This document shows, one piece after another, positions 44,015-56,637 of a stretch of 64,000 bases of DNA (its first letter is position 1; the number at the start of each line of letters is the position of its first letter). Under the pieces are notes generated by a model, which saw only the letters and a program-made list of their open reading frames with translations, ran no database searches and had not been told where the DNA came from. This DNA is from Escherichia coli (GTDB lineage Bacteria > Pseudomonadota > Gammaproteobacteria > Enterobacterales > Enterobacteriaceae), in the NCBI RefSeq assembly GCF_029227855.1, contig NZ_CP074356.1. One strand, given 5' to 3'. The position numbers and the translations under genes are program-made.

Positions 44015-45094
44015 ATGTCTAAGATTTTTGATTTCGTAAAACCTGGCGTAATCACTGGTGATGACGTACAGAAAGTTTTCCAGGTAGCAAAAGAAAACAA
44101 CTTCGCACTGCCAGCAGTAAACTGCGTCGGTACTGACTCCATCAACGCCGTGCTGGAAACCGCTGCTAAAGTTAAAGCGCCGGTTATCGTTCAGTTCTCC
44201 AACGGTGGTGCTTCCTTTATCGCTGGTAAAGGCGTGAAATCTGACGTTCCGCAGGGCGCTGCTATCCTGGGCGCGATCTCTGGTGCGCATCACGTTCACC
44301 AGATGGCTGAACATTATGGTGTTCCGGTTATCCTGCACACCGACCACTGCGCGAAGAAACTGCTGCCGTGGATCGACGGTCTGCTGGACGCGGGTGAGAA
44401 ACACTTCGCTGCTACCGGTAAGCCGCTGTTCTCTTCTCACATGATCGACCTGTCTGAAGAATCTCTGCAAGAGAACATCGAAATCTGCTCTAAATACCTG
44501 GAGCGCATGTCCAAAATCGGCATGACTCTGGAAATCGAACTGGGTTGCACCGGTGGTGAAGAAGACGGCGTAGACAACAGCCACATGGACGCTTCTGCAC
44601 TGTACACCCAGCCGGAAGACGTTGATTACGCATACACCGAGCTGAGCAAAATCAGCCCGCGTTTCACCATCGCTGCGTCCTTCGGTAACGTACACGGTGT
44701 TTACAAGCCGGGTAACGTGGTTCTGACTCCGACCATCCTGCGTGATTCTCAGGAATATGTTTCTAAGAAACACAACCTGCCGCACAACAGCCTGAACTTC
44801 GTATTCCACGGTGGTTCCGGTTCTACTGCTCAGGAAATCAAAGACTCCGTAAGCTACGGCGTAGTGAAAATGAACATCGATACCGATACCCAATGGGCAA
44901 CCTGGGAAGGCGTTCTGAACTACTACAAAGCGAACGAAGCTTACCTGCAGGGTCAGCTGGGTAACCCGAAAGGCGAAGATCAGCCGAACAAGAAATACTA
45001 CGATCCGCGCGTATGGCTGCGTGCCGGTCAGACTTCGATGATCGCTCGTCTGGAAAAAGCATTCCAGGAACTGAACGCGATCGACGTTCTGTAA
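44015..45094 (+). CDS. fbaA: Fructose-bisphosphate aldolase class II (359 aa)
   Basis: ORF 43931..45094; protein from MSKIFDFVKPGVITGDDVQKVFQVAKENNFALPAVNCVG; start trimmed. Confidence 0.95.
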   Translation: MSKIFDFVKPGVITGDDVQKVFQVAKENNFALPAVNCVGTDSINAVLETAAKVKAPVIVQFSNGGASFIAGKGVKSDVPQGAAILGAISGAHHVHQMAEHYGVPVILHTDHCAKKLLPWIDGLLDAGEKHFAATGKPLFSSHMIDLSEESLQENIEICSKYLERMSKIGMTLEIELGCTGGEEDGVDNSHMDASALYTQPEDVDYAYTELSKISPRFTIAASFGNVHGVYKPGNVVLTPTILRDSQEYVSKKHNLPHNSLNFVFHGGSGSTAQEIKDSVSYGVVKMNIDTDTQWATWEGVLNYYKANEAYLQGQLGNPKGEDQPNKKYYDPRVWLRAGQTSMIARLEKAFQELNAIDVL

Positions 45095-45117
45095 GTCATT
45101 CCTTTCTGCTTATCTCA

Positions 45118-45142
45118 AGGCCCGCTCTGCGGGTCTTTTTTT
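45118..45142 (+). terminator. Rho-independent terminator after fbaA
   Basis: ggcccgc-tct-gcgggtc followed by ttttttt. Confidence 0.7.
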
Positions 45143-45284
45143 CGCCAAAAGCAAGGTGATGCAGATGAGAAATCTGTGATCTATTTGGCAAAATTATGCT
45201 TTATTGTTTACCCTTGTCAGACTGCCCGTCATAAGGCGGCGGAGTGTATTTCTCCATTTTGAGTCAGTTGAAAAGGAATATTGA

Positions 45285-46145
<861 letters not shown>

Positions 46146-46283
46146 TCAACGCTGAGGCCAGATAATACTCTCTGGCCTCTCTCTTATTAGTTTTTCTGAT
46201 TGCCAATTAATATTATCAATTTCCGCTAATAACAATCCCGCGATATAGTCTCTGCATCAGATACTTAATTCGGAATATCCAAC

Positions 46284-46919
46284 GTGTTTTCTTATTACTT
46301 TCAAGGTCTTGCGCTTGGCGCAGCTATGATCCTACCGCTCGGTCCACAAAATGCTTTTGTGATGAATCAGGGCATTCGTCGTCAGTACCACATTATGATT
46401 GCCTTACTTTGCGCTATCAGCGATTTGGTCCTGATTTGCGCCGGGATTTTTGGTGGCAGCGCGTTATTGATGCAGTCGCCGTGGTTGCTGGCGCTGGTCA
46501 CCTGGGGCGGCGTAGCCTTCTTGCTGTGGTATGGTTTTGGCGCTTTTAAAACAGCGATGAGCAGTAATATTGATTTAGCCAGTGCCGAAGTCCTGAAGCA
46601 AGGCAGATGGAAAATTATCGCCACCATGTTGGCAGTGACCTGGCTGAATCCGCATGTTTACCTGGATACTTTTGTTGTACTGGGCAGCCTTGGCGGGCAA
46701 CTTGATGTGGAACCAAAACGTTGGTTTGCGCTCGGGACTATTAGCGCCTCTTTCCTGTGGTTCTTTGGTCTGGCTATTCTCGCAGCCTGGCTGGCACCGC
46801 GCCTGCGCACGGCAAAATCACAACGCATTATCAATTTGGTTGTGGGATGTGTTATGTGGTTTATTGCCTTGCAGCTGGCGAGAGACGGTATTGCTCATGC
46901 ACAAGCCTTGTTCAGTTAG
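46284..46919 (+). CDS. argO: Arginine exporter (LysE family, GTG start)
   Basis: 211-aa [45 protein letters not shown]... starting at gtg. Confidence 0.9.
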   Translation: MFSYYFQGLALGAAMILPLGPQNAFVMNQGIRRQYHIMIALLCAISDLVLICAGIFGGSALLMQSPWLLALVTWGGVAFLLWYGFGAFKTAMSSNIDLASAEVLKQGRWKIIATMLAVTWLNPHVYLDTFVVLGSLGGQLDVEPKRWFALGTISASFLWFFGLAILAAWLAPRLRTAKSQRIINLVVGCVMWFIALQLARDGIAHAQALFS

Positions 46920-47011
46920 GCGCTATCTGATGGAAAAATAAAACAGAGGCGCTAAGCTTGCCTCCAGAGGTCCTGAATTTTAGGCAAGTCAATTAACACG
47001 GAGAGACTAAC

Positions 47012-47752
47012 GTGAAGTTCAAAGTTATCGCCCTGGCGGCATTAATGGGTATTAGCGGGATGGCAGCGCAGGCTAACGAATTGCCGGATGGACCGCATAT
47101 TGTCACCTCCGGTACGGCAAGCGTGGATGCGGTGCCAGACATTGCCACTCTTGCGATTGAAGTCAACGTGGCCGCGAAGGATGCCGCTACTGCCAAGAAA
47201 CAGGCGGATGAGCGCGTCGCACAATACATTTCCTTCCTTGAACTCAATCAGATCGCGAAAAAAGATATCAGCTCAGCGAACTTACGCACCCAGCCAGATT
47301 ATGATTATCAGGATGGTAAAAGTATCCTGAAAGGCTACCGTGCTGTGAGAACGGTGGAAGTCACGCTCCGTCAGTTAGACAAACTGAATTCCTTGCTGGA
47401 TGGCGCGCTGAAGGCGGGTCTTAACGAAATTCGTTCTGTGTCGCTGGGCGTGGCGCAGCCGGATGCCTATAAAGACAAAGCGCGTAAGGCTGCGATTGAT
47501 AACGCGATTCATCAGGCGCAGGAACTGGCGAACGGCTTTCATCGTAAACTGGGGCCGGTATATAGCGTGCGCTACCATGTTTCCAACTATCAGCCCAGCC
47601 CAATGGTGCGGATGATGAAAGCCGATGCCGCGCCGGTGTCCGCCCAGGAAACTTACGAGCAGGCCGCTATTCAGTTTGATGATCAGGTCGATGTGGTCTT
47701 CCAGTTAGAACCTGTGGATCAACAACCCGCTAAAACACCTGCAGCACAATAA
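47012..47752 (+). CDS. yggE: DUF541 / SIMPL-domain periplasmic protein YggE (GTG start)
   Basis: 246-aa ORF with signal peptide MKFKVIALAALMGISGMAAQA. Confidence 0.88.
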   Translation: MKFKVIALAALMGISGMAAQANELPDGPHIVTSGTASVDAVPDIATLAIEVNVAAKDAATAKKQADERVAQYISFLELNQIAKKDISSANLRTQPDYDYQDGKSILKGYRAVRTVEVTLRQLDKLNSLLDGALKAGLNEIRSVSLGVAQPDAYKDKARKAAIDNAIHQAQELANGFHRKLGPVYSVRYHVSNYQPSPMVRMMKADAAPVSAQETYEQAAIQFDDQVDVVFQLEPVDQQPAKTPAAQ

Positions 47753-47759
47753 TATTTAT

Positions 47760-47790
47760 AGCCCGACGTATTCGTCGGGCTAATGCCTTT
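47760..47790 (+). terminator. Terminator-like hairpin after yggE
   Basis: agcccgacg-tatt-cgtcgggct followed by a weak T-tract. Confidence 0.5.
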
Positions 47791-47919
47791 ACCCGATATT
47801 GCCTCCTTTTTCTGTAATTTTCTGTAAAACCATGACGTAATCACCTATCTTTGCTCGCGGTTTCATCAAGGATAGGCTGACTGAAACGGTTAAGCGGACA
47901 AGGATGCGGGGGAGCGGGG

Positions 47920-48816
47920 ATGGACATTTTTATTTCGAAAAAGATGCGCAATTTCATTTTATTAGCGCAAACCAATAATATTGCCCGGGCGGCAGAAAAA
48001 ATCCATATGACGGCTTCGCCATTTGGTAAAAGCATTGCCGCGCTGGAAGAACAAATTGGCTATACGCTATTTACCCGCAAAGATAATAATATCAGCCTCA
48101 ATAAAGCCGGACAGGAACTGTATCAAAAACTGTTCCCGGTTTATCAACGGCTTTCTGCGATTGATAATGAAATCCATAACTCAGGGCGTCGTTCACGAGA
48201 AATTGTGATTGGCATAGATAATACTTATCCGACCATTATTTTTGATCAGTTGATTAGTCTCGGAGATAAGTACGAAGGCGTGACCGCCCAGCCAGTTGAG
48301 TTCAGCGAAAACGGCGTTATCGATAATCTTTTTGACCGTCAGTTAGATTTTATAATCTCCCCACAGCATGTATCTGCACGAGTTCAGGAACTGGAAAACC
48401 TGACTATCAGTGAACTACCACCGCTGCGATTGGGCTTTCTCGTTTCTCGCCGTTATGAAGAGCGACAAGAGCAAGAGCTGCTTCAGGAGCTACCCTGGCT
48501 GCAAATGCGCTTTCAGAACCGGGCCAACTTCGAAGCAATGATTGATGCGAATATGCGACCTTGTGGGATCAATCCAACCATTATTTATCGTCCCTACAGT
48601 TTTATGGCCAAAATCAGCGCCGTGGAGCGCGGACATTTTCTGACGGTGATCCCGCATTTTGCCTGGCGACTGGTGAATCCGGCAACGCTGAAATATTTTG
48701 ATGCGCCGCACAGGCCGATGTATATGCAGGAATATCTTTATTCAATCAGAAATCATCGTTATACCGCCACGATGCTTCAGCATATTGCTGAAGATCGTGA
48801 CGGGACGAGTCATTAA
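47920..48816 (+). CDS. ygfI: LysR-family transcriptional regulator YgfI (298 aa)
   Basis: N-terminal HTH (NIARAAEKIHMTASPFGKSIAALEEQIGYTLFTR) and LysR substrate-binding domain; position next to scpC as in K-12. Confidence 0.85.
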   Translation: MDIFISKKMRNFILLAQTNNIARAAEKIHMTASPFGKSIAALEEQIGYTLFTRKDNNISLNKAGQELYQKLFPVYQRLSAIDNEIHNSGRRSREIVIGIDNTYPTIIFDQLISLGDKYEGVTAQPVEFSENGVIDNLFDRQLDFIISPQHVSARVQELENLTISELPPLRLGFLVSRRYEERQEQELLQELPWLQMRFQNRANFEAMIDANMRPCGINPTIIYRPYSFMAKISAVERGHFLTVIPHFAWRLVNPATLKYFDAPHRPMYMQEYLYSIRNHRYTATMLQHIAEDRDGTSH

Positions 48817-50291
48817 CCCAGCATCGAGCCGGTTGCAATTAAATTACGGTGTAAATCGAAGACGTGGCTAAGATCGTGGTGAATATGTCCGCCGGGCGCA
48901 TTTTCCAGATAGCGATGCAGATAATCCCGATACATAGGATGTGCACAATTATCAATGATAGTGCGGGCGCGTTGAAGCGGGGAAAGACCACGCAGATCGG
49001 CGATGCCTTGTTCGGTGATGATCACTTTGACGCTGTGTTCGCTGTGATCAACATGGCTGCACATTGGCACGACGGTTGAGATCTTGCCTTCTTTAGCAAT
49101 CGACGGGGCCATAAAGATCGACAGATACGCGTTGCGTTCAAAATCACCGCTGCCACCGATGCCGTTCATCAGATCGACCCCGGCTACGTGCGTTGAGTTG
49201 GCATGCCCGTAAATATCAAACTCCAGGCCGACGTTCAGAGCGATGACGCCCAGACGACGGATGATTTCCGGGTTATTGGAAATTTCCTGCGGACGCAACA
49301 CAATGCGGCTGGCAAAGTAATCCATATTGTCGTAAATCTTGCGCAGGGAATCGGCCGAGATAGTCAGGCTGGAGGCGCTGGCCCCGCTGATTTTGCCGGT
49401 TTCCAGTAAATGCACCACCGATTCCTGTAGCACTTCCGAATACATCATAAACGGAGGAATTTCCGGGTTTTCCCCTAGTCGCGCCATGACTGCATTATTG
49501 ATGTTGCCTACGCCACTTTGCAGCGGCAGAAATTCCGGCGGAATACGCCCATGCGCCATTTCCTGCAACAAGAACGTGACCACGTTATCGGCAATCTGCT
49601 GGCACATGGGATTTTGCTTATCCAGCATATTACCGGCGTCAGGCAAGTTGGTTTCCACGACGGCGACAATCTTTTTCGGATCGATTTGCACATAGCGGGT
49701 ACCGACGCGATCCATTGCATGGAAGATCGACACGCTATTGCGCCGCGGTGGCGCGCCAGGAATCACAATATCTGCCAGTTCTGCAACGCGCGGATCGTGA
49801 TAGTGATTAAGTTCAATGATCACTTTCTTCGCTCGCAGCAGCCAGGTCGGCGCATTACCGATCCCGCTGGTTAACCAGACTCGACCATCCGGTGCCAGTG
49901 CCGATGCTTCGATGACGGCAACATCAATGTCGCCGAAGAAACCGTAATTGACCATTTGCGCCACTTCGCTCAAATGCAGGTCAACGAAACTCACCGCGCC
50001 CTGATTGATCTTTTTACGTAAACCGGACGATGTTTGATATGGCGCACGCCAGGAAACAGCATCGGCGTCAGAAAGTACATCGTCAGCGGCGGCGCTGATT
50101 GACGCCCCCGTCAGCAGGCGAATTTGATACGGCTTTTTGGCCTCATGCTGTTCGTTAGCTCTGCGGGCAATCGCGGTGGGTAAGGCTTTCGGCGAACCCG
50201 CTGGGGTAAAGCCGCTAAATGCCACCATGTCGTTATGCTGGATAATTTCTGCCGCTTCATCGGCGGTCATCCTTGTCCACTGAGTTTCCAT
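48813..50291 (-). CDS. scpC: Propionyl-CoA:succinate CoA-transferase (492 aa)
   Basis: METQWTRMTADEAAEIIQHNDMVAFSGFTPAGSPKALPTAIARRA...; convergent 4-nt overlap with ygfI. Confidence 0.9.
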   Translation of the reverse strand: METQWTRMTADEAAEIIQHNDMVAFSGFTPAGSPKALPTAIARRANEQHEAKKPYQIRLLTGASISAAADDVLSDADAVSWRAPYQTSSGLRKKINQGAVSFVDLHLSEVAQMVNYGFFGDIDVAVIEASALAPDGRVWLTSGIGNAPTWLLRAKKVIIELNHYHDPRVAELADIVIPGAPPRRNSVSIFHAMDRVGTRYVQIDPKKIVAVVETNLPDAGNMLDKQNPMCQQIADNVVTFLLQEMAHGRIPPEFLPLQSGVGNINNAVMARLGENPEIPPFMMYSEVLQESVVHLLETGKISGASASSLTISADSLRKIYDNMDYFASRIVLRPQEISNNPEIIRRLGVIALNVGLEFDIYGHANSTHVAGVDLMNGIGGSGDFERNAYLSIFMAPSIAKEGKISTVVPMCSHVDHSEHSVKVIITEQGIADLRGLSPLQRARTIIDNCAHPMYRDYLHRYLENAPGGHIHHDLSHVFDLHRNLIATGSMLG

Positions 50292-50314
50292 TTTAACTCC
50301 TTCGTTCGCAGGGA

Positions 50315-51100
50315 TTAATGACCAACGAAATTAGGTTTACGTTTTTCGAGGAAAGCGTTCATCCCTTCCTGGTAATCTTCGCTGTCATAAACCGCGCGGC
50401 GCATCCCCTGAATACGTTCAAATTCATCGGAGTTCATGGTGTGTGCTTCGCCCAGTACACGCAGCTCTTCTTTGATAACGGCAATGGCTAACGGCGCTTT
50501 CTCAGAGATGTGGTGCGCCATTTGTAAGGTGAAATCTTCCAGTTCTTCCACTTCCACAACATGGTTGAGGATGCCGACAGCCAGCGCGCGCTGGGCGGTG
50601 ATTGGCGAAGCGGTAAAAATCAGCTCTTTGACAATGTGGAAGCCCGCGTCGCGGGTCAGGTTGTGAATGCCGACCAGGTTATACGGGACGCCGAGGTTTA
50701 CAGGTGTCATTGAGAAGGTTGAGGTACTGGCGGCGATGATCAGATCGGAACTCATGATCATTTCAAATGCGCCACCCCAGACACTACCTTCCACCATCGA
50801 AATGATCGGTTTCGGGAATTTTTGGATCATGCGGGTGATTTGACGCAATGGATCATCATAGGAGAGCGGATCGCGACCGCCAGACGGCAGTTCGTGAATA
50901 TCGTGACCTGCGGAGAAGACTTTGGATCCACTCGGCGCGCGCAAAATGATACAGCGAATTTCCGGCCGGTTGAGATCGCTTAACGCCTGCATAAGATCAT
51001 CAATAAAGACTTTACTTAAGGCATTAAGTTTTCGGCCATAGTTAAACTCAATGACCGCCACTTTGTTGATAGTGACAACGTTCACATACTGATAAGACAT
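50315..51100 (-). CDS. scpB: Methylmalonyl-CoA decarboxylase (crotonase fold, 261 aa)
   Basis: ORF 50315..51142; protein from MSYQYVNVVTINKVAVIEFNYGRKLNALS; start trimmed. Confidence 0.9.
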   Translation of the reverse strand: MSYQYVNVVTINKVAVIEFNYGRKLNALSKVFIDDLMQALSDLNRPEIRCIILRAPSGSKVFSAGHDIHELPSGGRDPLSYDDPLRQITRMIQKFPKPIISMVEGSVWGGAFEMIMSSDLIIAASTSTFSMTPVNLGVPYNLVGIHNLTRDAGFHIVKELIFTASPITAQRALAVGILNHVVEVEELEDFTLQMAHHISEKAPLAIAVIKEELRVLGEAHTMNSDEFERIQGMRRAVYDSEDYQEGMNAFLEKRKPNFVGH

Positions 51101-51110
51101 AAAAATTCCT

Positions 51111-52106
51111 TTAATCAAAATATTGCGTCTGGATAAATTCACTGAGCTGCCGCAGGCCGGTGCGCGGTGAGAGCGTATTGTTTTTGACCGCTAAAAGCGT
51201 CTGGCGGTAATAGCGATCGAAATCTTCATTCGCGAACAGGTGATTCAGTACTTCTTCTTCGGTTTGTTTACGCAGCCATTCCACCGATTGTTGTTGCCGC
51301 ACTTGTTGTAATCGACCACTGGCAGTTAGCGCGGTTTTGAAGTCGATGATGGCGTGCCAGATCTCATCGATTCCACGTTTTTCCAGTGCGCTACAAGTCA
51401 GAACCCGTGGCTGCCATTCGTCGTATTTACGTCGCAGAATATGCAGAGCACTCTCGTACATATGCCGGGCAATGGCGACATTGGTATGGTTATCGCCATC
51501 GTCTTTGTTGATAACGATCAGATCTGCCACTTCCATCAGCCCCTTTTTAATGCCCTGCAGATCATCGCCGCCACCGGCAATTTGCAACGAGATAAAACAG
51601 TCCACCATGCGGGCGACTTCCGTTTCTGACTGCCCGACGCCAACCGTTTCGACAATCACTACGTCATAACCCGCCGCTTCGCATAACAGCATTAATTCCC
51701 GCGCTCGCTGACTGGCACCGCCCAGATGGCCGGAGGAGGGTACCGGGCGAATAAACGCCGCCTCGGCACGCGCAAGGTCATTCATGCGGGTTTTATCCCC
51801 GAGAATGCTACCGCCAGTGACCAGGCTGCTGGGATCGACCGCAATAACAGCAACCTTTAGTCCCTCACGAATCAACAACATGCCAAAGGCTTCAAGAAAG
51901 GTACTTTTCCCCGCGCCGGGTGTTCCGGTAACGCCCAGTCGCAGGGCGTTACCACAGAACGGCATAATGGCATCAAGCAGCTGCGTACTTAGCGCCTGAT
52001 GATGCGGGTGACGGCTTTCCACCAACGTCATGGCCTGGGCGAGCGTGGCACGCTCACCCTGACGTAAGCGGCGAATACTTTCTGCCAGTGTGGCTTCATT
52101 AATCAT
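51111..52106 (-). CDS. argK: Methylmalonyl-CoA mutase-associated GTPase (MeaB/ArgK, 331 aa)
   Basis: P-loop GTPGAGKST; [36 protein letters not shown]...; 8-nt overlap with scpA. Confidence 0.9.
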   Translation of the reverse strand: MINEATLAESIRRLRQGERATLAQAMTLVESRHPHHQALSTQLLDAIMPFCGNALRLGVTGTPGAGKSTFLEAFGMLLIREGLKVAVIAVDPSSLVTGGSILGDKTRMNDLARAEAAFIRPVPSSGHLGGASQRARELMLLCEAAGYDVVIVETVGVGQSETEVARMVDCFISLQIAGGGDDLQGIKKGLMEVADLIVINKDDGDNHTNVAIARHMYESALHILRRKYDEWQPRVLTCSALEKRGIDEIWHAIIDFKTALTASGRLQQVRQQQSVEWLRKQTEEEVLNHLFANEDFDRYYRQTLLAVKNNTLSPRTGLRQLSEFIQTQYFD

Positions 52107-54243
52107 GATGCTGGCTTATCAGATTCAGTACGTCGCGCACGCTGTCGAGCATAGGCGTACCTGGACCATAAATCGCCGCCACGCCGCGCTCTTGCAGGAA
52201 GGCGTAATCCTGCGGCGGAATGACGCCACCGGCGACCACGCAGATATCTTTGCGTCCCCATTTTTTCAGCGCTTCGACCAGTTCCGGGATCAGCGTTTTA
52301 TGACCGGCAGCCAGTGAGGATGCGCCCACTACGTGAACGTCGTTTTCTACGGCCAGGCGGGCGATCTCTTCAGGTGTAGAGAACATCGGGCTTAAATCTA
52401 CGTCGAAACCGAGATCGGAATAGGCGCTGGCGATCACTTTCGCGCCGCGATCGTGCCCATCCTGGCCCATTTTGGCGATCAGAATGCGCGGACGACGACC
52501 ATTGTCGGCAAGGAACTGCTCCGTTTGCGCAACAATGGCATCGAACTCGGAGGCCGATTTCTCAGACTGATGATAGCTTTGCGCAATCACGCCGGTAACA
52601 CACTGGCTTGGCACCAGATAACGGTCGAAAGCGGCTTCCAGCGCATCGGAAATTTCACCCAGGGTGGCGCGAACGCGAGCAGCATTAACAGCGGCAGCCA
52701 GCAGGTTTTCGTTATGCTGTGCGGCGTGAGTCAGGGCGTTCAACGCGGCGGTTACGGCGGCATCATCACGGGTGGCGCGAATGCGTTCCAGCGAAGCAAT
52801 TTGCTCGTTACGCACCATCACGTTGTCGATCTCAAGTACATCGGTTTCGTCTTCGTGATCCAGTTTGTACTTGTTGACACCAACGATGACACGCTTGCCC
52901 TGGTCGATCAGCGACTGTTCGCGCGCTGAGGCCTCTTCGATCATTCGTTTTGGCAGACCTGCTTCGATCGCTTTCGCCATACCACCGGCTTCGTCGATCT
53001 GTTGGATAATAGCTCTGGCTTGTTTGACGATTTGATCGGTCAGCGACTCAACGTAATAGGATCCGGCCAGTGGATCGACGGTGCGGCAGAGTTCTGATTC
53101 TTCCTGAATGATGATCTGGGTATTGCGGGCAATGCGTGCTGAGAAATCGGTAGGCAAACCAAGCGCTTCATCAAAGGCGTTGGTATGCAGTGACTGAGTA
53201 CCGCCCAGCGTTGCAGCCAGTGCTTCAATGGTGGTGCGGATAACGTTGTTATACGGATCCTGTTCAGTCAGGCTCCAGCCTGAGGTCTGGCAGTGGGTAC
53301 GCAGCGCCAGTGATTTCGGATCCTGTGCGCCAAATCCACTGACCGCTTCGCTCCATAAATAACGTGCCGCACGCAACATGGCGACGTTCATAAACAGATC
53401 CATGCCAATGCCGAAGAAGAACGACAGGCGAGGAGCGAAGTCATCAATTTTCAGCCCAGCGGATATTGCTGCTTTGATGTACTCAATCCCATCGGCGAGC
53501 GTAAATGCTACCTGCTGCACGCAGTTGGCACCCGCTTCACCCATGTGGTAACCGCTGATACTGATGGTATTAAATCGCGGCATGTTGCCGGAACACCAGG
53601 CGATGATGTCGGCGATAATGCGCATTGACGGTTTTGGCGGGTAAATATAGGTGTTGCGGCAGAGGTACTCTTTGAGGATATCGTTTTGAATGGTGCCGGT
53701 CAGTTTATCAGGTGTAACACCTTGCTCTTCCGCGGCGACGATATAAAACGCCAGTACTGGTAGCACTGCGCCATTCATGGTCATCGAAACCGACATTTTA
53801 TCCAGCGGGATCTGGTCGAACAGGACTTTCATATCTTCCACGGTGTCGATAGCGACGCCCGCTTTGCCGACGTCGCCCGCCACGCGTGGGTTATCGGAGT
53901 CGTAGCCTCGGTGGGTGGCAAGGTCAAACGCAACGGAAAGACCTTTTTGCCCGGCGGCCAGGTTACGGCGATAAAAAGCGTTGGACTCTTTTGCTGTTGA
54001 AAAACCAGCATACTGACGGATGGTCCACGGTTGGGCGGTATACATAGTGGCACGCGGGCCACGAACGTAGGGAGGCAAACCAGGAAGGGTACCTGTCACC
54101 TCCAGATTATCGAGATCGGCTTCGGTATACAGCGGCTTGATGGCGATCCCTTCCGCGGTTTGCTGAACCAGCGAGTCGACAGTTTTCTCCCGACGGCTCA
54201 ATTCCTTGTTGGCAAGCTGTTGCCACTCCTGCACGTTAGACAT
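52099..54243 (-). CDS. scpA: Methylmalonyl-CoA mutase (Sbm/ScpA, 714 aa)
   Basis: ORF 52099..54264; protein from [25 protein letters not shown]; B12-binding C-terminal domain; start trimmed. Confidence 0.92.
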   Translation of the reverse strand: MSNVQEWQQLANKELSRREKTVDSLVQQTAEGIAIKPLYTEADLDNLEVTGTLPGLPPYVRGPRATMYTAQPWTIRQYAGFSTAKESNAFYRRNLAAGQKGLSVAFDLATHRGYDSDNPRVAGDVGKAGVAIDTVEDMKVLFDQIPLDKMSVSMTMNGAVLPVLAFYIVAAEEQGVTPDKLTGTIQNDILKEYLCRNTYIYPPKPSMRIIADIIAWCSGNMPRFNTISISGYHMGEAGANCVQQVAFTLADGIEYIKAAISAGLKIDDFAPRLSFFFGIGMDLFMNVAMLRAARYLWSEAVSGFGAQDPKSLALRTHCQTSGWSLTEQDPYNNVIRTTIEALAATLGGTQSLHTNAFDEALGLPTDFSARIARNTQIIIQEESELCRTVDPLAGSYYVESLTDQIVKQARAIIQQIDEAGGMAKAIEAGLPKRMIEEASAREQSLIDQGKRVIVGVNKYKLDHEDETDVLEIDNVMVRNEQIASLERIRATRDDAAVTAALNALTHAAQHNENLLAAAVNAARVRATLGEISDALEAAFDRYLVPSQCVTGVIAQSYHQSEKSASEFDAIVAQTEQFLADNGRRPRILIAKMGQDGHDRGAKVIASAYSDLGFDVDLSPMFSTPEEIARLAVENDVHVVGASSLAAGHKTLIPELVEALKKWGRKDICVVAGGVIPPQDYAFLQERGVAAIYGPGTPMLDSVRDVLNLISQHHD

Positions 54244-54446
54244 TATTTGCTCCGTAAAACGCAATCAAAATGAGGGTATTTGCGCCTACGGTGAGCTTTT
54301 TACGTGGGTTTGTCGCCAGCAAAAAAAATGCATTCAGACGTCGTTTTTTGCCGCCTGAGATTTGTCTATTTTGTGATGTGATTCAAGGAATACAAAAAGA
54401 AGTGAGGACAACGCCTGATATGTGCTATCAGGCATTATTTGATGGA

Positions 54447-55340
54447 TTAATCCTGACGAAGGACTTTGTGACCATAATCGAGTAACGCATCAGTGACTTT
54501 ACGCATCATGCGGCTTTCAGGAGCAAAGCGGTGCCAGTAGAGCATCCGTCGTTGAAATAGCCCAGGCGTTAAGTCAATCAGTTCACCGCTGGCCAGCTCT
54601 TTCTCGATTTGCAGGTGCGGGATCATACAGCAGGTGGTGCCCTGGCGAGCAAGTTGCACGAACGCTTCTGAAGAATTAACAATATGGCACGGTACGCTGC
54701 CTGGGGGCAGATCGAAGTTTTGCTGCAAAAAGGCCTGGTGCATATCGTCAAGATGGTCAAAGGCGACCACTGGCGCTTTTAGCAGAGCCGAACGCGTTAC
54801 GCCGTTAGGGAAATATTTTTCGGCAAACGGTTTTGAGCTGACGAATAGATAGTCGAGCGCACCGAGCTTATCGACAAGACAACTCGGCAGCGCCTGATGT
54901 TGAATACTCACCGCGCCGACCACTTCGCCGCGGCGCAGACGTTCCTGAGTGCGGGTTTCATCTTCTACCTGCAAGTTGAGGCGGATAGGCGAATCAGCTA
55001 ACACAGGAGCCAGCGCCGGAAGCAACCACGTCGCCAGACTGTCTGCGTTGACCGCCAGTGAAAGCAGCAGCGGAGTCGAACCGGTTTGTTCATCGCCCAG
55101 CCACTCTTCTTCCAGCAACTCCACCTGGCGCAGCAGTGCCAGCAGTTTTTGCCCTTGTTCTGTCGGGCGCGGCGGTACGGTACGCACCAACAGCGGCTGC
55201 CCGAACATATTTTCCAGTTGCTTAATGCGCTGTGAGACGGCTGATTGTGTAATGCACAGCTTTTGTGCCGCGCGCTCAAATCCTCGTTCACGTATCACCG
55301 CATCCAGTGCCTGTAATGTTCTGTAGTCCGGGCGTTTCAT
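54447..55340 (-). CDS. argP: LysR-family regulator ArgP (IciA, 297 aa)
   Basis: ORF 54447..55406; protein from [43 protein letters not shown]; start trimmed. Confidence 0.92.
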
Positions 55341-55722
55341 TGCTGTTGTCTGCTCCTGGTAAATGCTTTTTCCTGCACTATGACACAATTTTGTGTCAGG
55401 TTGCATATACCGAAGCCGTCGGCGGGTAACATTTGTATCAATGGTTAAACGCGCAGCTTAAAAGATCAGGGATTTGCGCTATTGCATTTCGCTTAGCGAC
55501 TTCGCGCCCTGGTTATGTTGAATGGCGTGGCGTTATTGCCTCTGTTCGCACCGTGGAGCGGCATACCCAGACCGTTGTATGCTTTATTTGCCGGGCGAAA
55601 GGGGATGCCCGCCATTGCGCGATATTTTATGGATGAGTTAACCACGCGGCTTGCCAACGGGGTCTGAATCGCTTTTTTTGTATATAATGCGTGTGAAATT
55701 TCATACCACAGGCGAAACGATC

Positions 55723-56382
55723 ATGACGCAGGATGAATTGAAAAAAGCAGTAGGATGGGCGGCACTTCAGTATGTTCAGCCCGGCACCATTGTTGGTGTA
55801 GGTACAGGTTCCACCGCCGCACACTTTATTGACGCGCTCGGCACGATGAAAGGCCAGATTGAAGGGGCCGTTTCCAGTTCGGATGCTTCCACTGAAAAAC
55901 TGAAAAGCCTCGGCATTCACGTTTTTGATCTCAACGAAGTCGACAGCCTTGGCATCTACGTTGATGGCGCAGATGAAATCAACGGCCACATGCAAATGAT
56001 CAAAGGCGGCGGCGCGGCGCTGACCCGTGAAAAAATCATTGCTTCGGTTGCGGAAAAATTTATCTGTATTGCCGACGCTTCCAAGCAGGTTGATATTCTG
56101 GGCAAATTCCCGCTGCCAGTAGAAGTTATCCCGATGGCACGTAGTGCAGTGGCGCGCCAGCTGGTGAAACTGGGCGGTCGTCCGGAATACCGTCAGGGCG
56201 TGGTGACCGATAACGGCAACGTGATCCTCGACGTCCACGGCATGGAAATCCTTGACCCGATAGCGATGGAAAACGCCATAAATGCGATTCCTGGCGTGGT
56301 GACTGTTGGCTTGTTTGCTAACCGTGGCGCGGACGTTGCGCTGATTGGCACACCTGACGGTGTCAAAACCATTGTGAAATGA
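55723..56382 (+). CDS. rpiA: Ribose-5-phosphate isomerase A (219 aa)
   Basis: ORF 55651..56382; protein from [39 protein letters not shown]; start trimmed. Confidence 0.94.
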
Positions 56383-56637
56383 TCTGACGGGGGAACCTCC
56401 CCCGTTAAAAAAATTCTCTTCATTAAATTTGGTGACATGTGTCACGTTTTTACCTGGCTATTGTCGATTGCTCTAAATAAACCCTCTAAACCAGCATATT
56501 CATCCAAGAAATACCTTTGCGTGATATTTCCTCAACATCGCGACGCAAACGTTCATATTGCCGCAATATTATTTTTTGATATGTTGAAAGGCGGATGCAA
56601 ATCCGCACACAACATTTCAAAAGACAGGATTGGGTAA

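Noticed and set aside
42619-44145. 508-aa minus-strand ORF spanning pgk and the fbaA 5-prime end
   Set aside because: Antisense to two highly expressed glycolytic genes and crosses their intergenic terminator; no domain-like features; a shadow ORF.
43919-44893. 324-aa minus-strand ORF inside fbaA
   Set aside because: Antisense to fbaA; same reasoning as above.
56386-56406. Hairpin gacggggg-aacc-tcccccgt after rpiA as an intrinsic terminator
   Set aside because: Followed by an A-tract rather than a T-tract on the rpiA strand, so not a canonical terminator for rpiA; may be a stability element. Not called.
55627-56445. 272-aa minus-strand ORF over rpiA
   Set aside because: Antisense to rpiA, which matches the known protein over its full length.
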